From: Octopus vulgaris | Lineage: Eukaryota | Direction: 5' to 3' | DNA length: 64,000 nucleotides | Assembly (NCBI GenBank): GCA_951406725.2 | Contig: OX597818.1 | Coordinates: forward strand, 50,158,001-50,222,000 | Shown: positions 62,604 to 64,000 of the stretch, piece after piece | Layout of the letters: each line of letters opens with the position of its first letter | Position numbering within the stretch: the stretch's first letter is position 1 | Made by a program: the position numbers and the translations under genes | The notes under the pieces: model-generated | Told to the model about the DNA's origin: nothing | The model's input: only the letters and a program-made list of their open reading frames with translations | Database searches by the model: none

Positions 62604-62804
62604 ACCACTGCTGCTGCTGCTGGGTGAATCGGACCCTGTACTATTACTTGTAGTTATTTGCTACCGGTCTGGAAAGAATCGAAATCAGAATGTAGAAGGG
62701 TAATAGTCATAGCTGAGAGTCATTTGGTTCGGCGCTGAACCATTTACGCCAGTCTTGTGACTGAAAAAGAGTCGTTTGTTTTGATACCACCTTAACCACG
62801 CATG

Positions 62805-63127
62805 TCACACAACCACGACCACCACGACCACCACTATCACGACCACGACCACGACCACGACCACCACCACTACTACCACCACCACCTCCACCACCACCGC
62901 CGCCACCACCACCACCGCCACCACCGTCACCACCACCACCGCCACCACCACTACCATTACCACCACCACCGCCGCCACCACAACCACCACCACCACCACT
63001 ACTACCACTACCACCACCACCGCAACCACCACCGCCACCACCACCACCACCACCACTACCACCACCACCATCATCACCACCACCACCACCACCACCACCA
63101 CCATACATACATACATACATACATACA
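62805..63127. repeat. (CAC/GAC)n and (TACA)n repeats
   Basis: Directly visible. Confidence 0.95.
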
Positions 63128-63310
63128 TGCATGATGATGATGGCCGTCCACTCGTGACCGAGGAAGACCATTGCCGACCTTCAGGAACATTGTGCGCTCT
63201 AGGACTAACTTATATTTTGCATTTGCGGCTCCGTTGGTGGCTAATGAGCCCTCCAATGAAGACACCTTGGGTCTAGGTTAGAAACCGGCTCTTTCTCTAT
63301 TTGCAAGAAA

Positions 63311-63696
63311 TCTCTCTCTATATAAACGGCAGTTTGTCTGTGCGTGTTTCTGTGTGTCTGTTAGGTTGTACCCTCACCCTGACCACGGCTTTCAACCGAT
63401 TCTGATGAAACTTGACACACACATAGCCCAATGTCATAATTCAAAACTAACGCAGCGAAAATTTTGAAAAGTTCCCCCAGTTCTGAAAAAAAATCGATAA
63501 ATTCGACATGGGGTCGAGAATGAGAAACCCAAACCACAGACCGTCTAGGGGACGCAACTCCACCTGTTTTAACTCTCAAAAAAAATTTACCATCATTTTT
63601 TTTCCATTTTTTTGCTATTTTTTGGCTATAACTCTCTAAAAATGCTTTATAGTTATTTCCCTTACAAACCTGAGCAACGCCGGGCGATACTGCTAG
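63311..63696 (+). mobile_element. Non-autonomous Helitron-like element
   Basis: A|TC start, CCTGAGCAACGCCGGG subterminal hairpin, CTAG|T end. Confidence 0.75.
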
Positions 63697-64000
63697 TCTT
63701 GAAATAAAACCGAACAATGACTTACAAACATAGACAGATATATAGATAATCAGATATACCAAAATATACGAGTTTTATGCATATATACAGGTAACCAGCT
63801 TGTCCGATGGTAAATGGACCCTTGCACCATTAGAATCCATATATGGGGGCCCATGTTAGTATCTAAGAGGCACATCCCCTCAAGTTCGAGAATTTTTTAT
63901 TCACTCCTGGAAGAATGTATTAATTATTTCAGCCTTGCTGTGTTTGTAGACATCTGGATAGAACACTTTTAACAAAAAAAAAAAAAAAAATGACAGCATT

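Overview
AT-rich, microsatellite-dense animal genomic DNA. The SINE repertoire points to a cephalopod, probably Octopus (inference). No intact host protein-coding gene is visible, and nearly all ORF-track entries are translations of simple repeats. The window holds at least four tRNA-derived SINE families, R4/Dong-type LINEs in (TAA)n arrays (including a 472-aa open RT/zinc-knuckle/RLE fragment), a decayed CR1-group LINE, Penelope-like fragments (RT, GIY-YIG), mariner, pogo, hAT and 8-bp-TSD MITEs, non-autonomous Helitrons, a tRNA-Ile(AAT) gene and a truncated tRNA-Asp. Removing the insertions at their target-site duplications exposes unique DNA that reads as decayed, intronless coding sequence. 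This includes (i) four diverged paralogues of one unidentified protein, arranged as two oppositely oriented tandem pairs (about 21-27 kb on + and 46.6-49.6 kb on -), and (ii) two tandem fragments resembling a negative-strand RNA virus nucleoprotein (16.7-18.2 kb), the second ending in an ATTAAGAAAAAA gene-end-like signal. Together they suggest a hotspot of endogenised viral sequence (hypothesis; no database search was possible). About eleven minimal hammerhead-ribozyme-like motifs are scattered through the window. All alignments were made by eye.
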